DNA of 64,000 nt from Ranitomeya imitator (taxonomy: Eukaryota): contig NC_091285.1 in the NCBI RefSeq assembly GCF_032444005.1, positions 313,844,001-313,908,000 of the forward strand. Reading direction: 5' to 3'. The notes under the pieces were generated by a model. That model was given only the letters and a program-made list of their open reading frames with translations, did no database searches and was not told the DNA's origin. This document shows positions 39,154 through 50,695 of the stretch, in pieces. How positions within the stretch are numbered: position 1 is the stretch's first letter; every line of letters starts with the position of its first letter. The translations under genes were made by a program, and so were the position numbers.

Positions 39154-39893
39154 AGGGAACCTGTCACCCCGTTTTTTCAGATTGAGATATAAATACTGTT
39201 AAATAGGGCCTGCGCTGTGCGTTACAATAGTGTATGTAATGTACCCTGATTACCCACCTATGCTGAGAAATACATTACAAAAGTCGCCGTTTTCGCCTGT
39301 CAATCAGGCTGGTCTGGTCAGGTGGGCGTGTTCACAGCGCTCTTTTCTTCCCCAGCTTTACGTTGGTGGCGTAGTGGTGTGCGCATGTCGCAGTGACGAA
39401 TCCGCGCATGCGCAGAAGAGATCGCGGCGGCCATTTTCCCAAAGCCGAGATGCAAACTCGGCTTTGGGAAAATGGCCGCCGCGATCTCTTCTGCGCACGC
39501 GCGGCATCCCGCCGCCATTTTCCTGAAGGCCCGTGCAGCAGAGCACTCCATCTGCGCACGCGCGGCCCCAGGAAGATGGCCGCCCCCACCGATGACAGGG
39601 ATAACAGCGCAGATCGCGCGCTGCTTCTTCACGTGCGCGCAGGGAATTCGGAACTTGGACATGCGCACACCACTACGCCACCAATGGTAAGCTGGGGAAG
39701 AAAAGAGCGATGTCACCACGCCCACCTGACCTGACCAGCCTGATTGACAGGCGAAAACGGCGACTTTGGTAATGTATTTCTCAGCATAGGTGGGGAATCA
39801 GGGTACACTACATACACTATTGTAACGCACAGCGCAGGCCCTATTTAACAGTATTTATATCTCAATCTGAAAAAACGGGGTGACAGGTTCCCT
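39154..39893. mobile_element. T2/Kolobok MITE, palindromic and CpG-rich
   Basis: TTAA|agggaacctgtcaccccgttttttcagattgag ... ctcaatctgaaaaaacggggtgacaggttccct|TTAA. Confidence 0.92.
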
Positions 39894-41335
39894 TTAACCA
39901 GGGATTTAGCGTGCTGGTAGTTGGCAGCATTCACACATGCACGCAATTTCTTGTCTAAAGAGGAAAGTTTATTATCTCCATAAACTTCCAGCAGATTGTA
40001 ATAATAAAAACAGTCCATACAGCAGTATGAGAAACAGAGTGGTTCAGCTGCTCAATATTAAAAATCCAATACTCTGCCTCTGGAAGAGTCTAAGGAACTT
40101 AGGCCTGTCCCACACATACAGATAATTCCGGTACCGGAAAAATCCGTACCGGAGTTATCCGTGTCTGTGTGTCCGTGTGCTTATGTGGCACATCAATGTG
40201 GCACACGTGCGGCAGCCGTGTGCCGTCCGTGTGCCGACTGGGTACCACACGCACCATGCAGGGGACAGTGCTAGAGTTAAGTGCTGTCCACTGCTTTGGG
40301 TGCTGAATCCAGAATTCATTCCTTCTTCCCAGTAGCGTTCGCTGGAGCGAAGGAATGAAAAATCATTTTTTTTTAAATTTTTTGTTGTTAAAAAAAAGTT
40401 CCCGGTAATCTCCCCCCTCCCTCCCCCTGTGCGCCCGCCCGCTGGCATTAAAATACTTACCCAGCTCCCCCGATGCTTCCTCTCAGAGTCGCAGCTCTTC
40501 CTGTATGAGCGGTCACGTGGTGCCGCTTATTACAGTGATGAATATGTGGCTCCACCCCATGGGGTTAAAACTTGTGGAACAAGCACTGCTTGCTATACTT
40601 CTACCATATGGATGTTAACTTTTTTTCTTTCTCGCTATTACCTGCTGTTAGCATCACAGGGTACATTGATTTATACTTACCTGCTAACGAGATTGTTTCT
40701 ATCTAATACCGGTATATGTAGTTATTGGATATGTGTGTACTGGTTAATGACTGGCATATGTTATCTACTTATGTTAATATTACTCTATTATAATTTGGCT
40801 GTTTAGTGATATGTATCTCTTGTTGGTGTTTACCTGTTATCTATGTGGAACCATTACCCTAATTTATGTTATGGGTTTTTAAGTGTTTTTAAAATTTTTT
40901 TGTGTACTGTTCCCAAATAAAGATTGTATACATATTCTTATAATTGTTGTGGTGATCCTAATTTCTATGCATACACTTTTTCTTGTTTGGTTGTGTGCAG
41001 TACTTGTACGGCGCATGTCGTGAAGGGGCTAAGGAAGTGAAAAGATTCTTGTTACATTTTTGAAAATTGTGTAATGTAAATGGAGATTGTTCGCTCATTC
41101 ACTGATTTGATTAACAAGAAGGAGGAATCAAAATTCAAGTCCTAAATAGATTTGATCGTGTCCCAAGGCAATAAACAGTTCTGTAACAGTTGGAGCATTG
41201 GAACAAGTACATATATTCGTAGATAGCAACAAAAATTGTTTTGTTAAATTGATTAAATATTCTTTTTACAGTATCAACAGAAATGTAGAAATATTGGCTC
41301 AAAACTTTCTGAATTGATGCATTCAGTATAATTTA

Positions 41336-42941
41336 CAGTGGGGCAAAAAAGTATTTAGTCAGTCAGCAATAGTGCAAGTTCCACCACTTAAAAAGATGAG
41401 AGGCGTCTGTAATTTACATCATAGGTAGACCTCAACTATGGGAGACAAACTGAGAAAAAAAAATCCAGAAAATCACATTGTCTGTTTTTTTAACAATTTA
41501 TTTGCATATTATGGTGGAAAATAAGTATTTGGTCAGAAACAAAATTTCATCTCAATACTTTGTAATATATCCTTTGTTGGCAATGACAGAGGTCAAACAT
41601 TTTCTGTAAGTCTTCACAAGGTTGCCACACACTGTTGTTGCTATGTTGGCCCATTCCTCCATGCAGATCTCCTCTAGAGCAGTGATGTTTTTGGCTTTTC
41701 GCTTGGCAACACAGACTTTCAACTCCCTCCAAAGGTTTTCTATAGGGTTGAGATCTGGAGACTGGCTAGGCCACTCCAGGACCTTGAAATGCTTCTTACG
41801 AAGCCACTCCTTCGTTGCCCTGGCGGTGTGCTTTGGATCATTGTCATGTTGAAAGACCCAGCCACGTTTCATCTTCAATGCCCTTGCTGATGGAAGGAGG
41901 TTTGCACTCAAAATCTCATGATACATGGCCCCATTCATTCTTTCATGTACCCGGATCAGTCATCCTGGCCCCTTTCCAGAGAAACAGCCCCAAAGCATGA
42001 TGTTTCCACCACCATGCTTTACAGTAGGTATGGTGTTTGATGGATGCAACTCAGTATTCTTTTTCCTCCAAACACGACAAGTTGTGTTTCTACCAAACAG
42101 TTCCAGTTTGGTTTCATCAGACCATAGGACATTCTCCCAAAACTCCTCTGGATCATCCAAATGCTCTCTAGCAAACTTCAGATGGGCCCGGACATGTACT
42201 GGCTTAAGCAGTGGGACACGTCTGGCACTGCAGGATCTGAGTCCATGGTGGCGTAGTGTGTTACTTATGGTAGGCCTTGTTACATTGGTCCCAGCTCTCT
42301 GCAGTTCATTCACTAGGTCCCCCCGCGTGGTTCTGGGATTTTTGCTCACCGTTCTTGTGATCATTCTGACCCCACGGGGTGGAATTTTGCGTGGAGCCCC
42401 AGATCGAGGGAGATTATCAGTGGTCTTGTATGTCTTCCATTTTCTAATTATTGCTCCCACTGTTGATTTCTTCACTCCAAGCTGGTTGGCTATTGCAGAT
42501 TCAGTCTTCCCAGCCTGGTGCAGGGCTACAATTTTGTTTCTGGTGTCCTTTGACAGCTCTTTGGTCTTCACCATAGTGGAGTTTGGAGTCAGACTGTTTG
42601 AGGGTGTGCACAGGTGTCTTTTTATACTGATAACAAGTTTAAACAGGTGCCATTACTACAGGTAATGAGTGGAGGAAAGAGGAGACTCTTAAAGATGAAG
42701 TTACAGGTCTGTGAGAGCCAGAAATCTTGATTGTTTGTTTCTGACCAAATACTTATTTTCCACCATAATATGCAAATAAATTGTAAAAAAAACAGACAAT
42801 GTGATTTTCTGTATTTTTTTTCCTCAGTTTGTCTCCCATAGTTGAGGTCTACCTATGATGTAAATTACAGACGCCTCTCATCTTTTTAAGTGGTGGAACT
42901 TGCACTATTGCTGACTGACTAAATACTTTTTTGCCCCACTG
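41336..42941 (-). mobile_element. Full-length Tc1 DNA transposon (1606 bp), terminus resembling the Passport/Eagle-Glan group
   Basis: TA|cagtggggcaaaaaagtatttagtcag ... ctgactaaatacttttttgccccactg|TA with long TIRs of about 200 bp. The family name is from memory and is less certain than the Tc1 call. Confidence 0.93.
41552..42574 (-). pseudogene. Tc1 DD34E transposase, 340 codons, one in-frame premature TGA at 41960-41962
   Basis: [19 protein letters not shown]...WSDETK...[16 protein letters not shown]...FQHDNDPKH...[11 protein letters not shown]; both track ORFs share one frame; D-to-E spacing is 34. Confidence 0.92.
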
Positions 42942-42947
42942 TACATA

Positions 42948-43601
42948 CAGTACAGACCAAAAGTTTGGACACACCTTCTCATTTAAAGATTTTTCTGTAT
43001 TTTCATGACTATCAAAATTGTACATTCACACTGAAGGCATCAAAACTATGAATTAACACATGTGGAATTATATACTTAACAAAAAAGTGTGAAACAACTG
43101 AAATTATGTTGTATATATAGGTTCTTCAAAGTAGCCACCTTTTGCTTTGATGACTGCTTTGCACGCTCTTGGCATTCTCTTGATGAGCTTCGAGAGGTAG
43201 TCACCAGGAATGGTCTTCCAACAATCTAGAAGGAGTTCCCAGAGATGCTTAGCAGTTGTTGGCCCTTATGCCTTCACTCTGCGGTCCAGCTCACCCCAAA
43301 CCATCTCGATTGGGTTCATGTCTGGTGACTGTGGAGGCCAGGTCATCTGGCGTAGCACCCCATCACGCTCCTTCTTGGTCAAATAGCCTTTACACAGCCT
43401 GGAGGTGTGTTTGGGGTCATTGTCCTGTTGAAAAATAAATGATGGTCCAACTAAACGCAAACCGGATGGAATAGCATATAATTCCACATGTGTTAGTTCA
43501 TAGTTTTGATGCCTTCAGTGTGAATGTACAATTTTCATAGTCATGAAAATACGGAAAAATCTTTAAATGAGAATGTGTGTCCAAACTTTTGGTCTGTGCT
43601 G
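42948..43601 (-). mobile_element. Internally deleted Tc1 element
   Basis: TIR cagtacagaccaaaagtttggacacac / gtgtgtccaaacttttggtctgtgctg; residual FQQDNDPKH...SPDMNPIEMVW. Confidence 0.85.
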
Positions 43602-44293
43602 TTTAAAGTAAGTATAATCATTTATGGGATTTGAACATTGAACACAAATACTCTTCAGATTATCTGTCTGTGTGATCCCAGCGCACGATGTTCGATATTA
43701 TGATGAAACTCTCACTATTCAACTATTTCATTCACGTTTGTCATCCTGTGTAAACAATTGTCTGACATTGTTTGATCGTTATGAGTTACAATTGCATGGT
43801 TCATCGTTCAACTATTGTATGCCTGTATAATCCCTAACTGTATTGCTTCCCCGTTTTTATTAGACATGCATGGAGGTTATCCACAGGATAGATGATAAAT
43901 GTCGGATCGTCAAGTCTGTACACTTTTACGTTTGGTCTGTCAGTTACCTTCATGGTGTCCATCATTTTGCAAGTGGAATAACCCTGCATGCTGCACTATT
44001 CTTACATTAAAAGATGACAAAACTGACAGAGCCTTTGACCTTAATCTCTCCTTAAAACATATCTGTCTTATATACGAGAGACATGTTTTTCCTTGTGGAT
44101 GCTGTCTGTCTCATTAGCACACAAATCCATAAGCAGAACATTCCTCAAGGCAGTTATAAGACAAATGTGGAAGGATTTCCTCACACATACAAAGGTACGA
44201 ATTTTGTACCTGTCGCCTTCTTTTATGAACCAAATGTATGAATGGGCTCTGATGATATTTAGAAAAAAAAATAGGATTTTCTTAAACTGTTAA

Positions 44294-44760
44294 AGTGAAC
44301 CTGTCAGCAAGATTTTGCTAAGTAAACTACATACAGTTACGTCCATATATTTTTGAACAGACACATTTTTCTAATTTTGGTTATAAACATTACCACAATG
44401 AATTTTAAACAAAACAATTCAGATGCAGTTGAAGTTCAGACTTTCAGCTTTCATTTGAGGGTATCTACATTAAAATTGGATGAAGGGTTTAGGAGTTTCA
44501 GGTTGGAGCCGTTATACTGATTAACATGATACTTGGGGTGAAGAAATCCGTATTGTCGTTCGTGTGTAATCAGTGTTAGAAGTTTTCAGTTAATGAGGTG
44601 CCCGTGCTCCGGGACGGGACTGTAGGCAGAGTCTTATCTTTCTTCCAAAAGCCAGAAAAACCAAGAAGAGACCTGCCCACAGGCCATCCCGAAGCACAGT
44701 CTGTTTCTCTCTCTGTCTCTATGATGGGGTACATGTTTGATAGATGCTGCTGCACAGACG
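44294..44760. mobile_element. T2 MITE (same family as 3520-3972) interrupted by a Tc1 end fragment
   Basis: ttaaagtgaacctgtcagcaagattttgctaagtaaactac, then TA|cagttacgtccatatat insert, then homology resumes near 44508. Confidence 0.65.
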
Positions 44761-45696
44761 CCACCGCCATATTGCTGTAGATAAAAAAAAAAATTTCAAA
44801 TCCTGAAGGTTGTGTGGGCTCCTTCTATGAACTCTGAGCTTCAGTTCCATCCATATATTTTCTATTGGATTTAGATCAAGTGATTAGCTGGGCCATTCTA
44901 GCAGCTTTATTTTTTTTCTCTGAAACCAATTGAGAGTTTCCTTGGCTGTGTGTTTGGGATCATTGTCTTACTGAAATGCCCACTCTTGTTTGATTATCAT
45001 CCTGGTAGATGGCAGCAGATTTTTATCAAGAATGTCTTGGTACATTTGTACATGGTTTGTATTATGGCATCCAAAGAGTTCAATTTTGGTCTCATCTGAC
45101 CAAATCATAATCTTCCAGTATATCAAACGCTTGTCTAAATTTAAATGCTGTTGAGCAAGCTTTGCATGAACTTGAGCATTATTTTGCTAGGAATGGAGTC
45201 TTGAGTGGTGAGCGTGTACACAGGCACTGGAAGTTGAGTGCATTACTTATAGTTTTGTGAAACAATTGTACCTGCTTATTCCAGGTCTTTCTGTAGCTCT
45301 CCACAGGTGGTCCTTGGCTCTTGAACAACTCCTCTGCTAATTCTTTTTTACTCCTTTGTATGAAATCTTGCAGGGAGCACCTGGTTGTAGCTGGTTTATG
45401 GTGAAATTATGTTCTTTCCATTTCCTAGTTATTGCCCCAACAGTGCTCTTTGGAACCTTCAGTAGTTTAGAAATTCTTCTGTAACGAATGCCATCTGCAT
45501 GTTTTTCAACAATAAGTTTGCAAAGGTCTTGAGACAGCTTACTGTTTTTTTCCCATCATCAGATGTTTCTTGTATGGTATCTTGGAAACGAGGCACCTTT
45601 TTATAGCACAACAGTTGAAAGAGTTGATATTATTTTTCACTAAGTGCCAGGATTGCTTTCTAGTAATTACTGATAGATTCATAGTGGTGTCATGAC

Positions 45697-46507
45697 TGTT
45701 ATGAAAGGTAATTCAGTACCAAAATGGACATAGAGGTCAGCGCACATACAGTGACCTGGCAATAACCCAAAAAACAAGAACGAGCTCTGAGACGTGGGAA
45801 CTCTGTTGACCGCAATCCCTAATCCTCTCCAATCACACTAAAGGCAGCCCTGGATTGCGCCTAACGCTCCCTATGCAACTCGGCACGGCCTGAGAAACTA
45901 GCTAGCCTGAAGATAGAAAATAAGCCTACCTTGCCTCAGAGAAATACCCCAAAGGAAAAGGCAGCCCCCACATATAATGACTGTGAGTTAAGATGAAAAG
46001 ACAAACGTAGAGATGAAATAGATTTAGCAAAGTGAGGCCCAACTTTCTGAACAGAGCGAGGATAGGAAAGGTAACTTTGCGGTCAACACAAAACCCTACA
46101 AAAACCACGCAGAGGGGGCAAAAAGACCCTCCGTACCGAACTAACGGCACGGAGGTAAACCATCTGCGTCCCAGAGCTTCCAGCAAGCAGAAAAAAACAA
46201 ATCGACAAGCTGGACAGAAAAAAACAGCAAACAAATAGCAAAGAGGAACTTAGCTATGCAGAGCAGCAGGCCACAGGAACGATCCAGGAGGAAACAGGTC
46301 CAATACTAGGACATTGACTGGAGGCCAGGATAAAAGCACTAGGTGGAGTTAAATAGAGCAGCACCTAACGACTTCACCACATCACCTGAGGAAGGAAACT
46401 CAGAAGCCGCAGTACCACTTTCCTCCACCAACGGAAGCTCACAGAGAGAACCAGCCGAAGTACCCCTTGTGACCACAGAAGGGAGCTCTGCCACAGAATT
46501 CACAACA
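45697..46507 (-). repeat. 3' LTR of element B
   Basis: tgttatgaaagg...gaattcacaaca; direct repeat of the interrupted right LTR. Confidence 0.96.
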
Positions 46508-49500
46508 GTACCCCCCCCTTGAGGAGGGGTCACCGAACCCTCACCAGAGCTCCCAGGATGACCAGGATGAGCCATATGAAAGGCACGAACAAGATCGGGA
46601 GCATGGACATCAGAGGCAAAGACCCAGGAATTATCTTCCTGAGCATAACCCTTCCACTTAACCAGATACTGGAGTTTCCGCCTTGAAACACGAGAATCCA
46701 AAATCTTCTCCACAATGTACTCCAACTCCCCCTCCACCAAAACCGGGGCAGGAGGATCAACAGATGGAACCATAGGTGCCACGTATCTCCGCAACAATGA
46801 CCTATGGAATACGTTATGTATGGAAAAAGAATCTGGAATGGTCAGACGAAAAGACACAGGATTAAGAACCTCAGAAATCCTATACGGACCAATAAAACGA
46901 GGTTTAAACTTAGGAGAGGAAACCTTCATAGGAATATGACGAGAAGATAACCAAACCAAGTCCCCAACCCGAAGTCGGGGACCCACACAGCGTCTGCGAT
47001 TAGCGAAACGTTGAGCCTTCTCCTGGGACAAAGTCAAATTGTCCACTACATGAGTCCAAATCTGCTGCAACCTGTCCACCACAGTATCCACACCAGGACA
47101 GTCCGAAGACTCAACCTGCCCTGAAGAGAAACGAGGATGGAACCCAGAGTTGCAGAAAAACGGTGAAACCAAGCTAGCCGAGCTGGCCCGATTATTAAGG
47201 GCGAACTCAGCCAAAGGCAAAAAGGACACCCAGTCATCCTGATCAGCAGAAACACAGCATCTCAGATATGTTTCCAAGGTCTGATTGGTCTGGCCATTAG
47301 TCTGAGGATGGAAAGCCGAGGAAAAAGACAAGTCAATGCCCATCCTACCACAAAAGGCTCGCCAAAATCTTGAAACAAACTGGGAACCTCTGTCAGAAAC
47401 AATATTCTCAGGAATGCCATGCAAACGAACCACATGCTGGAAGAACAAAGGCACCAAATCAGAGGAGGAAGGCAATTTAACCAAGGGCACCAGATGGACC
47501 ATTTTAGAAAAGCGATCACAGACCACCCAAATGACTGACATCTTTTGGGAGACGGGAAGATCTGAAATAAAATCCATAGAGATATGTGTCCAAGGCCTCT
47601 TAGGGACCGGCAAGGGCAAAAGCAACCCACTGGCACGAGAACAGCAGGGCTTAGCCCGAGCACAAATCCCACAGGACTGCACAAAAGTACGCACATCCCG
47701 CGACAGAGATGGCCACCAAAAGGATCTAGCCACTAACTCTCTGGTACCAAAGATTCCTGGATGACCAGCCAACACCGAACAATGAACCTCAGAGATAACT
47801 TTATTCGTCCACCTATCAGAGACAAACAGTTTCTCCGCTGGGCAACGATCAGGTTTATTAGCCTGAAATTTTTGCAGCACCCGCCGCAAATCAGGGGAGA
47901 TGGCAGACACAATTACTCCCTCTTTGAGGATACCCGCCGGCTCAGATACACCCGGAGAGTCGGGCACAAAACTCCTAGACAGAGCATCCGCCTTCACATT
48001 TTTAGAGCCCGGAAGGTATGAAATCACAAAGTCAAAACGGGTAAAAAACAACGACCAACGAGCTTGTCTAGGATTCAACCGCTTGGCGGACTCGAGATAA
48101 GTCAAGTTCTTATGATCAGTCAAGACCACCACGCGATGCTTAGCTCCTTCAAGCCAATGACGCCACTCCTCGAATGCCCACTTCATGGCCAGCAACTCTC
48201 GATTGCCCACATCATAATTTCGCTCAGCAGGCGAAAACTTCCTGGAAAAGAAGGCGCATGGTTTCATCACCGAGCAATCAGAACTTCTCTGCGACAAAAC
48301 AGCCCCTGCTCCAATCTCAGAAGCATCAACCTCGACCTGGAACGGAAGCGAAACATCTGGTTGACACAACACAGGGGCAGAAGAAAAACGACGCTTCAAC
48401 TCTTGAAAAGCTTCCACTGCAGCAGAAGACCAATTGACCAAATCAGCACCTTTCTTGGTCAAGTCGGTCAATGGTTTAGCAATACTAGAAAAATTGCAGA
48501 TGAAGCGACGATAAAAATTAGCAAAGCCCAGGAACTTTTGCAGACTTTTCAGAGATGTCGGCTGAGTCCAATTATGGATGGCTTGGACCTTAACAGGGTC
48601 CATCTCGATAGTAGAAGGGGAAAAGATGAACCCCAAAAATGAAACCTTCTGAACACCAAAGAGACACTTTGATCCCTTCACAAACAAAGAATTAGCACGC
48701 AGGACCTGAAACACCGTTCTGACCTGCTTCACATGAGACTCCCAATCATCCGAGAAGATCAAAATGTCATCTAAGTACACAATCAGGAATTTATCCAGGT
48801 ACTCTCGGAAGATGTCATGCATAAAGGACTGAAACACTGATGGAGCATTGGCAAGTCCGAATGGCATTACTAGATACTCAAAATGGCCCTCGGGCGTATT
48901 AAATGCAGTTTTCCACTCATCGCCTCGCTTAATACGCACAAGATTATACGCACCACGAAGATCTATCTTGGTGAACCAACTAGCCCCCTTAATCCGAGCA
49001 AACAAATCAGATAACAATGGCAAGGGGTACTGAAATTTAACCGTGATCTTATTTAGAAGGCGGTAATCTATACAAGGTCTCAGTGAACCATCCTTCTTGG
49101 CTACAAAAAAGAACCCTGCTCCTAATGGCGACGATGACGGGCGAATATGCCCCTTCTCCAAAGACTCCTTCACATAACTCCGCATAGCGGCGTGCTCAGG
49201 CACAGATAAATTAAACAGTCGACCTTTTGGGAATTTACTACCAGGAATCAAATCGATAGCACAATCACAATCCCTATGCGGAGGTAGGGTATCGGACTTG
49301 GGCTCATCAAATAAATCCCGGTAATCAGACAAGAACTCTGGAACCTCAGAAGGGGTGGATGACGAAATAGTCAGAAATGGGACATCACCATGTACCCCCT
49401 GACAACCCCAGCTGGACACAGACATGGATTTCCAATCTAATACTGGATTATGGACTTGTAGCCATGGCAACCCCAACACGACCACATCATGCAGATTATG

Positions 49501-50673
49501 CAACACCAGAAAGCGAATAACCTCCTGATGTGCAGGAGCCATGCACATGGTCAGCTGGGTCCAGTACTGAGGCTTATTCTTGGCCAAAGGCGTAGCATCA
49601 ATTCCTCTCAATGGAATAGGATACTGCAAGGGCTCCAAGAAAAAACCACAGCGCCTAGCAAACTCCAAGTCCATCAAATTCAGGGCAGCGCCTGAATCCA
49701 CAAATGCCATAACAGAATAGGATGACAAAGAGCAGATCAGAGTAACGGACAAAAGAAATTTCGACTGTACCGTACCAATGGTGGCAGACCTAACGAAACG
49801 CTTAGTGCGCTTAGAACAATCGGAGATAGCATGAGTGGAATCACCACAGTAAAAACACAGCCCATTCTGACGTCTGTGTTCTTGCCGTTCAGCTCTGGTC
49901 AAAGTCCTATCGCACTGCATAGGCTCAGGTTTAAGCTCAGGTAATACCGCCAAATGGTGCACAGATTTACGCTCGCGCAAGCGTCGACCGATCTGAATGG
50001 CCAAAGACATAGACTCATTCAGACCAGCAGGCATAGGAAATCCCACCATGACATCCTTAAGGGCTTCAGAGAGACCTTTTCTGAAAATAGCTGCGAGCGC
50101 ACCTTCATTCCACTGAGTGAGTACGGACCACTTTCTAAATTTCTGACAATATACCTCTATTTCATCCTGACCCTGACACAGAGCCAGCAAATTCTTCTCT
50201 GCCTGATCCACAGAATTAGGCTCATCGTACAGCAATCCGAGCGCCAGGAAAAATGCATCGATATTACTTAATGCAGGATCTCCTGACGCAAGAGAAAATG
50301 CCCAGTCCTGAGGGTCGCCACGCAAAAAAGAAATAACGATCCTAACTTGTTGAACTGGGTCACCAGAGGAGCGAGGTTTCAAAGCCAGAAATAGTTTACA
50401 ATTATTTTTGAAACTCAGAAATTTAGTTCTATCTCCAAAAAACAAATCAGGAATAGGAATTCTCGGTTCTAACATAGAATTCTGAACCACAAAGTCTTGA
50501 ATACTTTGTACTCTTGCCGTGAGCTGATCCACACATGAAGACAGACCTTTAATGTCCATTGCTACACCTGTGTCCTGAACCACCCAAATGTCTAGGGGGA
50601 AAAAAAGGCAAAACACAGTGCAAAGAAAAAAAAATGGTCTCAGAACTTCTTTTTTCCCTCTATTGGGAATCAT
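46339..50673 (-). CDS. Element B gag-pol polyprotein (1444 aa as called; likely start Met39 at 50559)
   Basis: CFYCGDSTHAISDC knuckle, FVDSGA protease, IVYLDD RT, DASE RNase H, HHCC, integrase core, chromodomain EYIVEKILDSR...YLVKWKGY; runs into the 3' LTR. The integrase catalytic Glu is deleted (see findings). Confidence 0.93.
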   Translation of the reverse strand: MIPNRGKKEVLRPFFFLCTVFCLFFPLDIWVVQDTGVAMDIKGLSSCVDQLTARVQSIQDFVVQNSMLEPRIPIPDLFFGDRTKFLSFKNNCKLFLALKPRSSGDPVQQVRIVISFLRGDPQDWAFSLASGDPALSNIDAFFLALGLLYDEPNSVDQAEKNLLALCQGQDEIEVYCQKFRKWSVLTQWNEGALAAIFRKGLSEALKDVMVGFPMPAGLNESMSLAIQIGRRLRERKSVHHLAVLPELKPEPMQCDRTLTRAERQEHRRQNGLCFYCGDSTHAISDCSKRTKRFVRSATIGTVQSKFLLSVTLICSLSSYSVMAFVDSGAALNLMDLEFARRCGFFLEPLQYPIPLRGIDATPLAKNKPQYWTQLTMCMAPAHQEVIRFLVLHNLHDVVVLGLPWLQVHNPVLDWKSMSVSSWGCQGVHGDVPFLTISSSTPSEVPEFLSDYRDLFDEPKSDTLPPHRDCDCAIDLIPGSKFPKGRLFNLSVPEHAAMRSYVKESLEKGHIRPSSSPLGAGFFFVAKKDGSLRPCIDYRLLNKITVKFQYPLPLLSDLFARIKGASWFTKIDLRGAYNLVRIKRGDEWKTAFNTPEGHFEYLVMPFGLANAPSVFQSFMHDIFREYLDKFLIVYLDDILIFSDDWESHVKQVRTVFQVLRANSLFVKGSKCLFGVQKVSFLGFIFSPSTIEMDPVKVQAIHNWTQPTSLKSLQKFLGFANFYRRFICNFSSIAKPLTDLTKKGADLVNWSSAAVEAFQELKRRFSSAPVLCQPDVSLPFQVEVDASEIGAGAVLSQRSSDCSVMKPCAFFSRKFSPAERNYDVGNRELLAMKWAFEEWRHWLEGAKHRVVVLTDHKNLTYLESAKRLNPRQARWSLFFTRFDFVISYLPGSKNVKADALSRSFVPDSPGVSEPAGILKEGVIVSAISPDLRRVLQKFQANKPDRCPAEKLFVSDRWTNKVISEVHCSVLAGHPGIFGTRELVARSFWWPSLSRDVRTFVQSCGICARAKPCCSRASGLLLPLPVPKRPWTHISMDFISDLPVSQKMSVIWVVCDRFSKMVHLVPLVKLPSSSDLVPLFFQHVVRLHGIPENIVSDRGSQFVSRFWRAFCGRMGIDLSFSSAFHPQTNGQTNQTLETYLRCCVSADQDDWVSFLPLAEFALNNRASSASLVSPFFCNSGFHPRFSSGQVESSDCPGVDTVVDRLQQIWTHVVDNLTLSQEKAQRFANRRRCVGPRLRVGDLVWLSSRHIPMKVSSPKFKPRFIGPYRISEVLNPVSFRLTIPDSFSIHNVFHRSLLRRYVAPMVPSVDPPAPVLVEGELEYIVEKILDSRVSRRKLQYLVKWKGYAQEDNSWVFASDVHAPDLVRAFHMAHPGHPGSSGEGSVTPPQGGGTVVNSVAELPSVVTRGTSAGSLCELPLVEESGTAASEFPSSGDVVKSLGAALFNST

Positions 50674-50695
50674 TAGTACTTTAGGCCTCCAGTAC

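Noticed and set aside
41925-42665. 246-aa plus-strand ORF
   Set aside because: Antisense shadow of the Tc1 transposase.
46530-50271. Plus-strand and alternate-frame ORFs within element B (up to 192 aa), and similar ones in element A
   Set aside because: Shadow ORFs opposite or overlapping gag-pol, with no recognisable domains.
50687-50691. TGG within element B's PBS as a tRNA primer site
   Set aside because: It begins 4 nt from the LTR, I cannot recall a vertebrate tRNA ending GGCCUCCA, and the self-complementary match explains 10 nt; not excluded without a tRNA database search.
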